DNA of 31,373 bases from Nanobdellota archaeon. Its GTDB lineage: Archaea; Nanobdellota; Nanobdellia; Woesearchaeales; UBA583. The notes beneath the pieces were generated by a model. It was not told where the DNA came from and did not search any database. It saw only the letters and a list, made by a program, of their open reading frames with translations. The translations under genes and the position numbers were made by a program. Location of the stretch: the NCBI GenBank assembly GCA_036146255.1, contig JAYYJK010000062.1, positions 1 to 31,373 on the forward strand, given 5' to 3'. Each line of letters starts with the position of its first letter. Positions within the stretch are counted from its first letter, which is position 1. Shown piece after piece: positions 17,056-26,078 of this stretch.

Positions 17056-18855
17056 TTAAATTATATCTTGATTTTCAATACTTATTGGCTTTTTTTTTAT
17101 TTTTCCTAGGATGTTTAATAATTCTTCCTCGAGTAAAATATTATCTTGTATTAAATCACATACATATAATGCAAGTTCATATTTTGTTTTATTGTAGTAA
17201 GAGCATAAAATTTCCGAAAATTTTTTTTCTTCTAAATTCAATGTTTTTTTATTAAGCTTAGAGTCAAAAATTTTATTTAGAGATTTAATAAATAAACCTT
17301 CATCGTTAATGTCTAATAATTCTTTATTCTCATAGATAGCTTCTGCAAAAACTTTAAATTTGAAATCCCTAGGATATTTTTTAAGTATTTTTAGATCATC
17401 CGGTAATTTTAATAGATGTTTTGGATAATAATCTTCTAGTTCTCCTTTTGATAGTATGTGTATATTATCATCATATAAATTATCAATTTCAATTTTATTC
17501 TCAAGGTTTAATGCATCATTATCTAAAATTATGTGATATGGTATTTCAAACTTATTTAAAATTTTTATAAAATTATTTACATTATCTTTGCTATTCATAT
17601 TTATTATTGAACAATTATTAAATGTTTCTTCGAGCTTAAGAATATGACTAAAAAAAACCTTATCAGATAGTCCCTCTACAAGTATAACATAATCAGAAAA
17701 TAAAAATTCTGAATTCTCTTCTTTCACTACTTTTTGAAATAATTTATATAAATCCTTCTCTTCTTTATTTAAAACAAAACTGCGAGTTATATTTGAATTA
17801 TAATTCTTTTTAAATATGATTAATTGATCTGGGTTTGAATTTATTACAAATTTATCCGAATGTGATGTCAAAATAAATTGATTTTTAATGTTTGATAATT
17901 TTATATTCAAATTTTTTTGGGCTATAGGATGTAAATATAATTCAACTTCATCAATGCAAATGATTGGTAGAAATTGAAAAAAATCGTTTGCTTTCAGTAT
18001 TAAACTAAATAAAAAAAGGTTTTGTAACCCACATCCTTTAAATGATAAATCTTGTTCTTTACCGTCATTAACAATAATAGTTAAATTATCTAGTAAAAAT
18101 TCAGACTTTTTATATAAAGAAGTCAAAGGGTCTGAAAAGATATCTTCTTTCAACTCTTCCTTAGGAATAAATTTTATTGATTTTATTTCTGGAAAAAAAC
18201 TTTCCAACATGCTTTTTTCTACTGAAAAAAACCAATCATTAAAAAGATTATAAAAGTTACCTGTATTTAATTTTGATTCTGTAGAAGATATAAATTTCAT
18301 AATTAAATTTGTTATAATTAATCTAAAAGAAATACTAGAACTATCTTTTTGAAAATCATCTGATTTAATAATATCAAGAGTTCTATTAGTATCAAAAACC
18401 AAAGAATTAAAATAACGATATGTAGCAATTTTAACATATTCGTTAAAGTTACAATTATCATCATAATAGAAAGTTCCTTCTTCTCCGTATTTCCTTTCAA
18501 ATTTTAAATGGAATAATATTTTTCCTCCCTCTAGTTCAGTATAAACTCTTCGTTCACTGACTGGATTTGTAAATTCTTCTATATTTTTCACCTCCTCTTC
18601 ATCAAAACTAAAAAAAAGTTCAATTTTTATTGGATAATTGATATCGTGATATAAATTTTCATCATTAAACCTTTCATCAAACACAGGATTATCCTTCCCT
18701 TTATTAAATGGATTTAGCATTAATTTAATAGCTTCTAAAAATGCAGATTTTCCAGAATTATTTTTTCCAATAATTACATTTTTATTTTCATCAAGATTTA
18801 AATCGAGCTTCACAAAAGATTTAAAGTTTTCAATTCTAATCCTAACTAACTTCAT
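17056..18855 (-). CDS. OLD-family ATP-dependent nuclease (ABC ATPase + TOPRIM)
   Basis: IENFKSF, Walker A GKNNSGKS, signature-like GCGLQ, Walker B/D-loop IDEVELYLHP, TSHS; TOPRIM VILVEGLSD and ILDND; ELEDYY. Confidence 0.9.
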   Translation of the reverse strand: MKLVRIRIENFKSFVKLDLNLDENKNVIIGKNNSGKSAFLEAIKLMLNPFNKGKDNPVFDERFNDENLYHDINYPIKIELFFSFDEEEVKNIEEFTNPVSERRVYTELEGGKILFHLKFERKYGEEGTFYYDDNCNFNEYVKIATYRYFNSLVFDTNRTLDIIKSDDFQKDSSSISFRLIITNLIMKFISSTESKLNTGNFYNLFNDWFFSVEKSMLESFFPEIKSIKFIPKEELKEDIFSDPLTSLYKKSEFLLDNLTIIVNDGKEQDLSFKGCGLQNLFLFSLILKANDFFQFLPIICIDEVELYLHPIAQKNLNIKLSNIKNQFILTSHSDKFVINSNPDQLIIFKKNYNSNITRSFVLNKEEKDLYKLFQKVVKEENSEFLFSDYVILVEGLSDKVFFSHILKLEETFNNCSIINMNSKDNVNNFIKILNKFEIPYHIILDNDALNLENKIEIDNLYDDNIHILSKGELEDYYPKHLLKLPDDLKILKKYPRDFKFKVFAEAIYENKELLDINDEGLFIKSLNKIFDSKLNKKTLNLEEKKFSEILCSYYNKTKYELALYVCDLIQDNILLEEELLNILGKIKKKPISIENQDII

Positions 18856-18885
18856 ATATTATTTGAAAAGTTCTAATTTATATAT

Positions 18886-18960
18886 CTAACTCTCTTTCAA
18901 AAATTCTCTTACTTTCTCTTCTAATTCTTTTTTATCTAGAAGATGTAGTTTATATCTTGA
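18886..18960 (-). pseudogene. yhcG: 75-bp remnant of a yhcG 3' end (SRYKLHLLDKKELEEKVREFLKES*)
   Basis: 63/75 nt identical, without gaps, to the last 75 nt of the intact yhcG (21195-21269; SRYKLYLPDKKELEEKVREVLKEG*). Confidence 0.9.
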
Positions 18961-19108
18961 TTAAAATAATTTTGAATTAATTGACTTTCAAAACAAAGGT
19001 ATTTAAATTTATTTATATAAAGTAATTATATGAAAAATAATTTTTCTGAGATAATTATTAATGTCTATGTATTAATTACTATAGCTTTTTTTCATTATAT
19101 TTAGTTAT

Positions 19109-19714
19109 TTGTCTCAGATTAGCAGTTTTTTTGAAAAAATAATTAATATAATTATAGTTTTTATATTAATTCTAATTCTTTCTTCATTATATAACAATAT
19201 TATTAGATATCATAACATATATCTCTTAAATAAATATGCTAATGACAAAAAACTAACTGTTGAATTAATGTTTGGATATGATAATATTAAAAGTTTTATT
19301 ACGATATCTATCTTTAGAATTATTGGATTATTTAATTTAATTGAATATTTTTCTAAACGTAATATAAAATTTAAAATTTATATAAATATTAAAAAGGATA
19401 AATTTAATCAAATTATAAAAAATAAGAATATCCAAATATTGTATATTATAGGACACGATAAAAAAACTAAGTTTAAATTAAATAGAAATGAGGTAATATA
19501 TTATTCTGAATATAAAGAAACAAAAAATAAGAAAGAGGAGATACATCTATATCATTGTACACCTGGTACTCGAAAATCTTTAATTGATTATTTACTTAAA
19601 AAAGAAAATAAAACAGATATATCTAAGTTTTATATTAAAAACGATTTATTCTTCTCTTTTCTTGAAGGGATAAAGTTAAAAAATAGAAAGATCATTTTTT
19701 TAAAAAAAGACTGA
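19109..19714 (+). CDS. hypothetical protein with N-terminal TM helix; possible degenerate clan-CD (caspase/CHAT-like) domain
   Basis: TTG start, hydrophobic IINIIIVFILILILSSLY, later LYIIGHD and IHLYHC strand-His / strand-Cys pattern. Confidence 0.5.
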   Translation: MSQISSFFEKIINIIIVFILILILSSLYNNIIRYHNIYLLNKYANDKKLTVELMFGYDNIKSFITISIFRIIGLFNLIEYFSKRNIKFKIYINIKKDKFNQIIKNKNIQILYIIGHDKKTKFKLNRNEVIYYSEYKETKNKKEEIHLYHCTPGTRKSLIDYLLKKENKTDISKFYIKNDLFFSFLEGIKLKNRKIIFLKKD

Positions 19715-19919
19715 TTATATATCCAATTAAACTAATTATAATAATGAATAAAGCAAAATAAGAAATATCTACCAAAAACTCGCCTATAACTTTTTCTGGA
19801 TCTAAGAAAAGTAAAACTTCCCCAATTAAAAATGAAAATAAAAAAAATGGAACTCCTAATATTAAACCTTGTTTGGAATATTCTCTTAATAATTTTTTGT
19901 ATATATATTTCTTGACCAT
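19692..19919 (-). CDS. small two-TM membrane protein (75 aa)
   Basis: Two hydrophobic helices; converges on and overlaps the 3' end of the 19109 ORF. Confidence 0.5.
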   Translation of the reverse strand: MVKKYIYKKLLREYSKQGLILGVPFFLFSFLIGEVLLFLDPEKVIGEFLVDISYFALFIIIISLIGYIISLFLKK

Positions 19920-19965
19920 ATTAAATCTAAAATTTTATTATTTAAGTAATCTTCCAATGCCTCTT

Positions 19966-20439
19966 TTATTGAGAAATTATTTTTCTACCATTTTCATACA
20001 GTTCAATTTTAGTTTTTTCTTCAGTTTTACCTAAGATTATATAATAACCAATATTATAATAGAAGTTAGAATTATTAGTTAAAATACATAAGTTCTCTCT
20101 ATCTTTATCTCTATTAGAATAATTATTATATTTTTTAATTTCAAAACAAACTAAATCATCATTACCATTCTCATTTCTTTTTGTAATAACAATATCTATA
20201 TAGTTTCCATTTAAATTTGAAACTACTTTAGGTCCTGTTTTTTTATTTAAATGTGATTTATTGTATTCACAATCGACATAATAACCTTCAAAACCTTCTC
20301 TTTCTAAACAAACTGCAAGTCTATGGACAATACATCTCTCACATAAATCATTATCAAATAAAAATTTATCATTTTGATATAATTTATTAATTGCTGAATT
20401 TACTTTTTGTTTAATTATTTCTTTATTCATTTTTCCCAA
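19966..20439 (-). CDS. small PD-(D/E)XK restriction-endonuclease-like protein; true start probably the ATG at 20430
   Basis: ER.I.HRLA..L, VDCEYN, IDIVITKR, LVCFEIKK give an E...D...ExK pattern. Confidence 0.65.
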   Translation of the reverse strand: MGKMNKEIIKQKVNSAINKLYQNDKFLFDNDLCERCIVHRLAVCLEREGFEGYYVDCEYNKSHLNKKTGPKVVSNLNGNYIDIVITKRNENGNDDLVCFEIKKYNNYSNRDKDRENLCILTNNSNFYYNIGYYIILGKTEEKTKIELYENGRKIISQ

Positions 20440-20550
20440 CCATTTTCAAAGATTATCAAAGAACTTTTTTAGAAAGCTACAATATTCAACTATTTTTTTC
20501 TTCTCTTATTTCTTAGTAATAAATTCCTCTGTCTAAAAAAAATTAATCAT

Positions 20551-21156
20551 TTATTTCCACCTTGTTTGAGCTAATAAGGTATTGTTTAACTTAGAACCTA
20601 ATTTATCTTTTAAATTTTTAATATCTTCTTCTGTTGTATAGACAAAATCAAAATTTTTATTTTTTCTACATAAATTGGAATATTTTTCTTTCTTTGATTC
20701 CATATTATGTTTGTATTTAAGATCTTCTAATCCAAAGTGCTCAATAATTACAGATTTATTTTCATCAATATCAACTATAAAATCTGGATGTAAATCAATA
20801 TTGTCTATAGTTATTTTCTCTTCATAATATGGATTTAACCCATTTTGTTTTAAAAATAAATATATGATTACTTCAGATTTTGATTTAAATTTAATATTGT
20901 TGAAATAATAAATCCCTTCATATTTTTCTCTAAAGTTTTCTTCTTGTTTCTTCTTTATTAAATCTGCTTTTTTTATTTTCTTTGAAGCTTCTTGCTTTTC
21001 TAACCAATGCTCTTTACATAAATTATGGCCTTCAGGCACTTCAATATCACATACATCACAAGTAGGTTTTTGATTTTCTTTTTCAGAACATTCCCAACAT
21101 AAAGGAAACCATGGTTTTTTATAATTACCACAAGTAGGACATTTAGTTTGACTCAT
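20551..21156 (-). CDS. double zinc-finger protein with C-terminal PD-(D/E)XK/Vsr-like nuclease domain
   Basis: CPTC..CWEC and CDVC..CKEH; then KSKSEVII..FL, YYEE, PDF, IIEHFG. Confidence 0.7.
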   Translation of the reverse strand: MSQTKCPTCGNYKKPWFPLCWECSEKENQKPTCDVCDIEVPEGHNLCKEHWLEKQEASKKIKKADLIKKKQEENFREKYEGIYYFNNIKFKSKSEVIIYLFLKQNGLNPYYEEKITIDNIDLHPDFIVDIDENKSVIIEHFGLEDLKYKHNMESKKEKYSNLCRKNKNFDFVYTTEEDIKNLKDKLGSKLNNTLLAQTRWK

Positions 21157-21194
21157 ATATAAGTCTGATTTCTTTTATTTATAAAATCTATTAT

Positions 21195-22178
21195 TCAACC
21201 CTCTTTCAAAACTTCCCTTACTTTCTCTTCTAATTCTTTCTTATCAGGCAAATATAATTTATATCTTGATGCAAAGAGTTGATCATTATCTAAGGGAAGA
21301 GAATATTCAACTACTTGTTCTTTTTTATCTAAACATAAAAGAATTCCTATGGTTTTATTTTCTTCAGGAGATTTTACTTTTCTATCATAATAATTTACAT
21401 ACATTTGTAGTTGTCCTAAATGTTCATGCTTAAGTTCTCCAACTTTGAGTTCAAATATTACAAAGCATTTTAAGAAACGATTGTAAAAAACTAAATCAAT
21501 GTAAAAATATGTTGAATCTAGGATTATTTTTTCTTGTCTCGAAACAAATGAAAATCCTTTACCTAACTCCAAAATAAACTTCTGCAAATTATCAATTAAC
21601 TTTTGTTCCAAATCACTCTCAGATAATTTCTCTATTCCATCAAGTCCTAGAAATTCAAAAATAAAAGGATCTTTGATTAAATCTTTACCTGATTCAATTA
21701 CTTGTCCTTTCTTTGACAATTCTATAACTCCTCTTCTATCTCTGGATAATGCTATTCTCTCAAATAAAGCTGAATTAATTTGTCTTTGAAGTTCACGAAC
21801 TGACCAATTCTGAGACTCAATTTCCTTGATATAAAAGTTTCTTTTTATCTTATCTTCTATCCTTAAAAGTGTGCAATAGTGTGACCATCCCAAAAGGCCA
21901 GACAGTGTCTGGCTTTTTGGAAAGAGAATATATAACTTCTTCATATCTTTCAAATTAGATAAACTAAAACCTTTCCCATACTGTTTAGTTAACTCCTTAG
22001 ATAGTTCTTTCAGTAATCCTTTCCCATACTCAGCTTTAATTTCACCTTTCTGTTCTTCTTCAACTATCTTACGACCAATCTCCCAATAAGCTTTTACCAT
22101 AATAGTATTAATTTGTGTAACTGCTTGTTTTCTAGCATTCTCTATGATTATACCTATATCTTTTGAAATTGTTTTCAT
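21195..22178 (-). CDS. yhcG: YhcG / DUF1016 PD-(D/E)XK nuclease family protein
   Basis: AYWEIGRKIVEEEQ, LGWSHY, WSVRELQRQINS.LFER, KDPFIFEFL, ELGKGFSFV.RQ, YIDLVFYNR.LKCFV.FELK, GQLQMYVNYYD, IGILLC. Confidence 0.95.
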   Translation of the reverse strand: MKTISKDIGIIIENARKQAVTQINTIMVKAYWEIGRKIVEEEQKGEIKAEYGKGLLKELSKELTKQYGKGFSLSNLKDMKKLYILFPKSQTLSGLLGWSHYCTLLRIEDKIKRNFYIKEIESQNWSVRELQRQINSALFERIALSRDRRGVIELSKKGQVIESGKDLIKDPFIFEFLGLDGIEKLSESDLEQKLIDNLQKFILELGKGFSFVSRQEKIILDSTYFYIDLVFYNRFLKCFVIFELKVGELKHEHLGQLQMYVNYYDRKVKSPEENKTIGILLCLDKKEQVVEYSLPLDNDQLFASRYKLYLPDKKELEEKVREVLKEG

Positions 22179-25141
22179 CTTTTCACCTCAAAGTATTCAG
22201 TTAATTCTACTCTTGTCACTATAGTTATTTTCAAGTCACCAAGTAATCTCTCATAATATCTTTTCATTTTAGAATTCGTTAATACAATAATTACTTTATC
22301 ATATTCTTGAGAAACTGTTAAAAACTTTTGATATATCCTCTTTTTATGATACTTGAATCTAATTCCTGTCTCTACTTCTATTGCAATTTGTTTATCTTCA
22401 TTTGTGAGAACTAATAAATCTACATCCTTGACAACATTGACTTTGACTGTTTTAACATAAGGTTTTAGAAATTCTTTGATATTATGGACAATAAATGTAT
22501 GTTCAATACTTTCTACATCATTTGTTTTAACCCAAACTTCTTCAAACTTTACTTTATTTATTGGAACTAAGTTTGCAACTTTATATCCGTTTAATCCAAG
22601 TAAATTCTTTTCTCCTCTTGATAATACTTTTCCATAATAAAATCCTTTTTCTAGATCTAGTGTAATTTTACCATTCAATACAACATTTTTCTTTGTAACT
22701 ATAGTTCCATTTAATTCGTCTGGATTTGTTGTAATTATTTTATTTTCTTTAGGTGAAGCTACAACTTCAATTTCTTGATGTTCATTCTCTAAGATTAAAA
22801 TACCTCTTCCTTTAACTGAAGTTAATAGATAATCTTTTTCAACTTGAGACAAATTGAATGTTTTAACTACACTTGATATGACTGATGGTTTTTGTCTTAG
22901 TAATAAAGTATAAGATGAGTTTGAGAGAACTGCACTTCCTGCTTTTGATGATAATAAATCTTCTACATCTTGAGTTATTAATAATAACCCTAAATTGAAT
23001 TTACGACATGTCTTTACAATTTCAAAAATATATGATGCTTCTTCAGTTTTAGATAATAAAGACCATGCTTCATCAATTACAAGTAATTTTCTCTCTTTAC
23101 TTGACTTCATTCTAGAATATACAAATTCTAATACTAAAAACATTACAAGAGGTTTTACTTGTTTAGGCATGTCACCTATATTAAAACATACAAAATTTGA
23201 TTTAAAGTTAAGATTAGTTTCTCTATTCATGAAAGAAAATACTCCATGAGTAAACATGAATAATCTATTTAAAAGTGCCTGATAAGTTGTCTTTTCAATC
23301 CTATTTGCTTTTTTAGATAAGAGTTCTAATTCTTTGTATAAATCTCCTAGAATTGGCATTGAGGTATTTTCTTTTGAATTCTTTGTAATATTCTTTCTTG
23401 CATAAGTATTTGTTAAAGCTTTATCTAAAATTGCTTTTTGAATTTCAGATAATTCACCAAACATAATTTTAAACATATCCATTAGAGATAATCTTTTTTC
23501 AATATAGTCATGTCCCATTAAATCTAGAGGATTAATAATTGTCTCTGAATTTCTAGAAATTGTAATTAATTCTCCTTTAGAATAATTTGTCAAGTTAACA
23601 TACTCTCCTTGTGGATCAATTACTATTACTTGTGTATTTTGAAGTAGATGTCTTAATATTAATAACTTTGTAAAATATGATTTACCAGAACCTGATGTTG
23701 CTAAAATTACTCCATTTGCATTAGATAAATTATAGATATCTCTAATGATTGGAATTTTATTTTTATTTAATCCTAAAAAGATTCCATTCTCTTCCATTGA
23801 TAAGAAAGGCGAAGTTAGAGGGAAAAATGCAGATAAAGCATTAGTCGTAATATTTCTAGTTTCACCTATTTTATTTTGGGCTTTAGGTATTAAGCTTTGA
23901 TATCCTATGAATTGTTTAAATAAAGGAATTTTTGGTTGTATCATAATTGAATTTAATTCAGCTTCAACTTTCTTTGTTAGATAATCTAAATTTTCTTTTG
24001 AAGTTGATTTACAATTAATTATTAAAGAGATGTTGAATAATTTCTCTTCACCTTTTTGCAAATTGTCTAATACTTTTCTTGTATCTTTAAACTTAATTTC
24101 AAGCGAAGGATTAATTGAACCTTTAAGTTCCTCTGAATATAGATCAGCTCTTTGTTTTTGTAACTCTCTATTAAGCATAAGCATAGTTGATTCAATTGAT
24201 AAAGGTTCAATGTGAATTGTAATATCAAAGTCATCATTTGTAGATATTATCTTATCTAGAAATCCTTGCTCAACAACTCTTGGATATCCTGAAGTTGTAA
24301 TTACTCTTGAGAATTTCTCATTGAGTAAAAGATGATTATATTTCTCATCAATAAAACTTGGACCAATATTAAAGTTTAAACTATTTTGAAATTTTTCTTG
24401 AGTTTTATTTGATTCATTTGAACTATTAAAAAATAGATGTATTGTATTAACTAGTTGATTTGTATTCAATCTTTTTGAAGAGATTCCCAAATTTCTAAAT
24501 CTATCAATACATATATTTGTTTGAATTTCGATATTTGATATCTCTAAAATAGAGAGGTAGAATTTTCTATTTCTGATCTCTTTTTCAGAAATAAAATTTT
24601 TGATAAATTCTGAGAAATCTTCGTATAATTCTTGCTCATCATTTTTTTGTTTTAAATTTGTAAGATAGTCTTTAATGGATAAATTCTCTGTGGTTATTAC
24701 AAATTGAACTGGAAAATCAAGGGAATTTAGAAATTTCTGAAATGATTTAATAATTGAATATTTGTCATCGTCATTTCTAATTGAAAAGTTAATTGGTTGA
24801 ATTTCAAGAATAGATACTTTTCCCTTCTTTGTATATATGACATCATTTTCAATTTTATCAATATTAATTAGATCTTCAATTTTCATTTTTTGATTTGAAA
24901 ATTTAAATTTTAAAAATTGTAGGATATTAATTAACTTCTCAGAGAAATTAAAGAACATAAATCCTAAACCTAGTATGATAAAAGGTGAAGATAGTATTGA
25001 GAAGATATAGATATTAGAATTATTTTTAAATAATATCAATACTGGAATTAAAAAGATAAATGCATAAAATAACTGTGTTAATGTTAAATTAAATATGATT
25101 TTTTCTTTATGTTTAAGTTCTTGTGGTATTTCATAGGACAT
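22175..25141 (-). CDS. virB4: VirB4-like conjugation ATPase with N-terminal PrgI/VirB3-like membrane domain and C-terminal nuclease-like extension
   Basis: N-terminal YEIPQELKHKEKIIFNLTLTQL + 2 TM (PrgI-like); Walker A ATSGSGKS; IDPQGEY, INPLD; Walker B VIDEAW; RKFNLGL..ITQDVED; GRGIL; about 180-aa tail with EH..V, D and IAIEVETG. Confidence 0.85.
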   Translation of the reverse strand: MSYEIPQELKHKEKIIFNLTLTQLFYAFIFLIPVLILFKNNSNIYIFSILSSPFIILGLGFMFFNFSEKLINILQFLKFKFSNQKMKIEDLINIDKIENDVIYTKKGKVSILEIQPINFSIRNDDDKYSIIKSFQKFLNSLDFPVQFVITTENLSIKDYLTNLKQKNDEQELYEDFSEFIKNFISEKEIRNRKFYLSILEISNIEIQTNICIDRFRNLGISSKRLNTNQLVNTIHLFFNSSNESNKTQEKFQNSLNFNIGPSFIDEKYNHLLLNEKFSRVITTSGYPRVVEQGFLDKIISTNDDFDITIHIEPLSIESTMLMLNRELQKQRADLYSEELKGSINPSLEIKFKDTRKVLDNLQKGEEKLFNISLIINCKSTSKENLDYLTKKVEAELNSIMIQPKIPLFKQFIGYQSLIPKAQNKIGETRNITTNALSAFFPLTSPFLSMEENGIFLGLNKNKIPIIRDIYNLSNANGVILATSGSGKSYFTKLLILRHLLQNTQVIVIDPQGEYVNLTNYSKGELITISRNSETIINPLDLMGHDYIEKRLSLMDMFKIMFGELSEIQKAILDKALTNTYARKNITKNSKENTSMPILGDLYKELELLSKKANRIEKTTYQALLNRLFMFTHGVFSFMNRETNLNFKSNFVCFNIGDMPKQVKPLVMFLVLEFVYSRMKSSKERKLLVIDEAWSLLSKTEEASYIFEIVKTCRKFNLGLLLITQDVEDLLSSKAGSAVLSNSSYTLLLRQKPSVISSVVKTFNLSQVEKDYLLTSVKGRGILILENEHQEIEVVASPKENKIITTNPDELNGTIVTKKNVVLNGKITLDLEKGFYYGKVLSRGEKNLLGLNGYKVANLVPINKVKFEEVWVKTNDVESIEHTFIVHNIKEFLKPYVKTVKVNVVKDVDLLVLTNEDKQIAIEVETGIRFKYHKKRIYQKFLTVSQEYDKVIIVLTNSKMKRYYERLLGDLKITIVTRVELTEYFEVKR

Positions 25142-25142
25142 T

Positions 25143-26078
25143 TTATTTTACCCCCTTTGATCTCACTACTTTAGTGATTGTTTTGTAATACTTGATTATA
25201 CTCTTTGAAGATGTTGATTTATAAGAGGATACTGATAATGTAAATTTTCCTAAGAATATAAAAAGAAATATTACAAGTAAGTATGCACAAATCATAAACA
25301 TTGTTTTAGTAATTCCGCTATATTGTACAACTAATTGAGATACAACAAGAAGTATTAATGATGCAAAGAATGTTGAGAAAATAAATACCATTAATATATT
25401 TAGAAATAATTTCCCGTATGATCTCAGTGGAGGAATAAAATAGAGGAAAATACCTAATGGAAAAAGTATTAGGCCTAAGAAGATAATAATAATTCTAATT
25501 GCTAAAAAAACTGCTGTAATTAAAAGGATTATCATATATATCAACAATAATGTTGTTTGAGTTCCTTGGTTGAAGAGTCCTAAGTTTTGAAGTTGGTAAA
25601 ATGATTCAGGAATCCTTGATAAAATACTTTGAACTAAAGTTGAATTTAATTCTAGAATTAGGTTATAGATAAAATAAGATCCTTGAATTAATATTAACAT
25701 AAATAATGTATTTTTTAACCATTCCTTAGCTAATTCTCTTTTTACAACATCATGTCCTGATATAATAAAAAGAAAACCAGCATAAGCTATAATTAATACA
25801 TAAAAAAAAGATAATATGTACGTAATTATTTTCCAATTATAATAATTATTTGATATATCTGGATTTTCTTCCATAAACTCTCTAATTAAATTATTGAAAG
25901 GTTCTAATGCTTGATTCATTAAATATAAAATATAATCAAATAATTTCTCAGGAATATAAAAAATAGCATCTGAGAGTTCTTCAAATAAATCATCAAAAAA
26001 TGAAAAGTCATTATCATCATCTTGAGCAAATACTGAAGGAATTAGTAGAAGTATTGTTAAAAAAATAAATAGTTTCAT
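25143..26078 (-). CDS. VirB6/TrbL-like polytopic membrane protein
   Basis: Signal peptide, amphipathic region, then 6-7 TM helices including ILFPLGIFLYFIP.LRSYG; located between the pilin-like gene and virB4. Confidence 0.65.
   Translation of the reverse strand: MKLFIFLTILLLIPSVFAQDDDNDFSFFDDLFEELSDAIFYIPEKLFDYILYLMNQALEPFNNLIREFMEENPDISNNYYNWKIITYILSFFYVLIIAYAGFLFIISGHDVVKRELAKEWLKNTLFMLILIQGSYFIYNLILELNSTLVQSILSRIPESFYQLQNLGLFNQGTQTTLLLIYMIILLITAVFLAIRIIIIFLGLILFPLGIFLYFIPPLRSYGKLFLNILMVFIFSTFFASLILLVVSQLVVQYSGITKTMFMICAYLLVIFLFIFLGKFTLSVSSYKSTSSKSIIKYYKTITKVVRSKGVK

Noticed and set aside
17007-18500. ORFs 17007-17255 (+) and 18318-18500 (-)
   Set aside because: Antisense or alternate-frame overlaps of the OLD gene
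17056-18855. Gabija or retron system
   Set aside because: No UvrD-like GajB or RT gene next to the OLD nuclease
20481-20515. Possible third, more decayed yhcG tail (minus strand GAAATAAGAGAAG...AGTTGAATA)
   Set aside because: Only two short matches needing a gap in very AT-rich DNA; cannot be told from chance without statistics
18886-21269. yhcG tail repeat as a DGR template/variable repeat pair
   Set aside because: Mismatches are not confined to adenines of either copy on either strand, most are silent, and no reverse transcriptase is in the window
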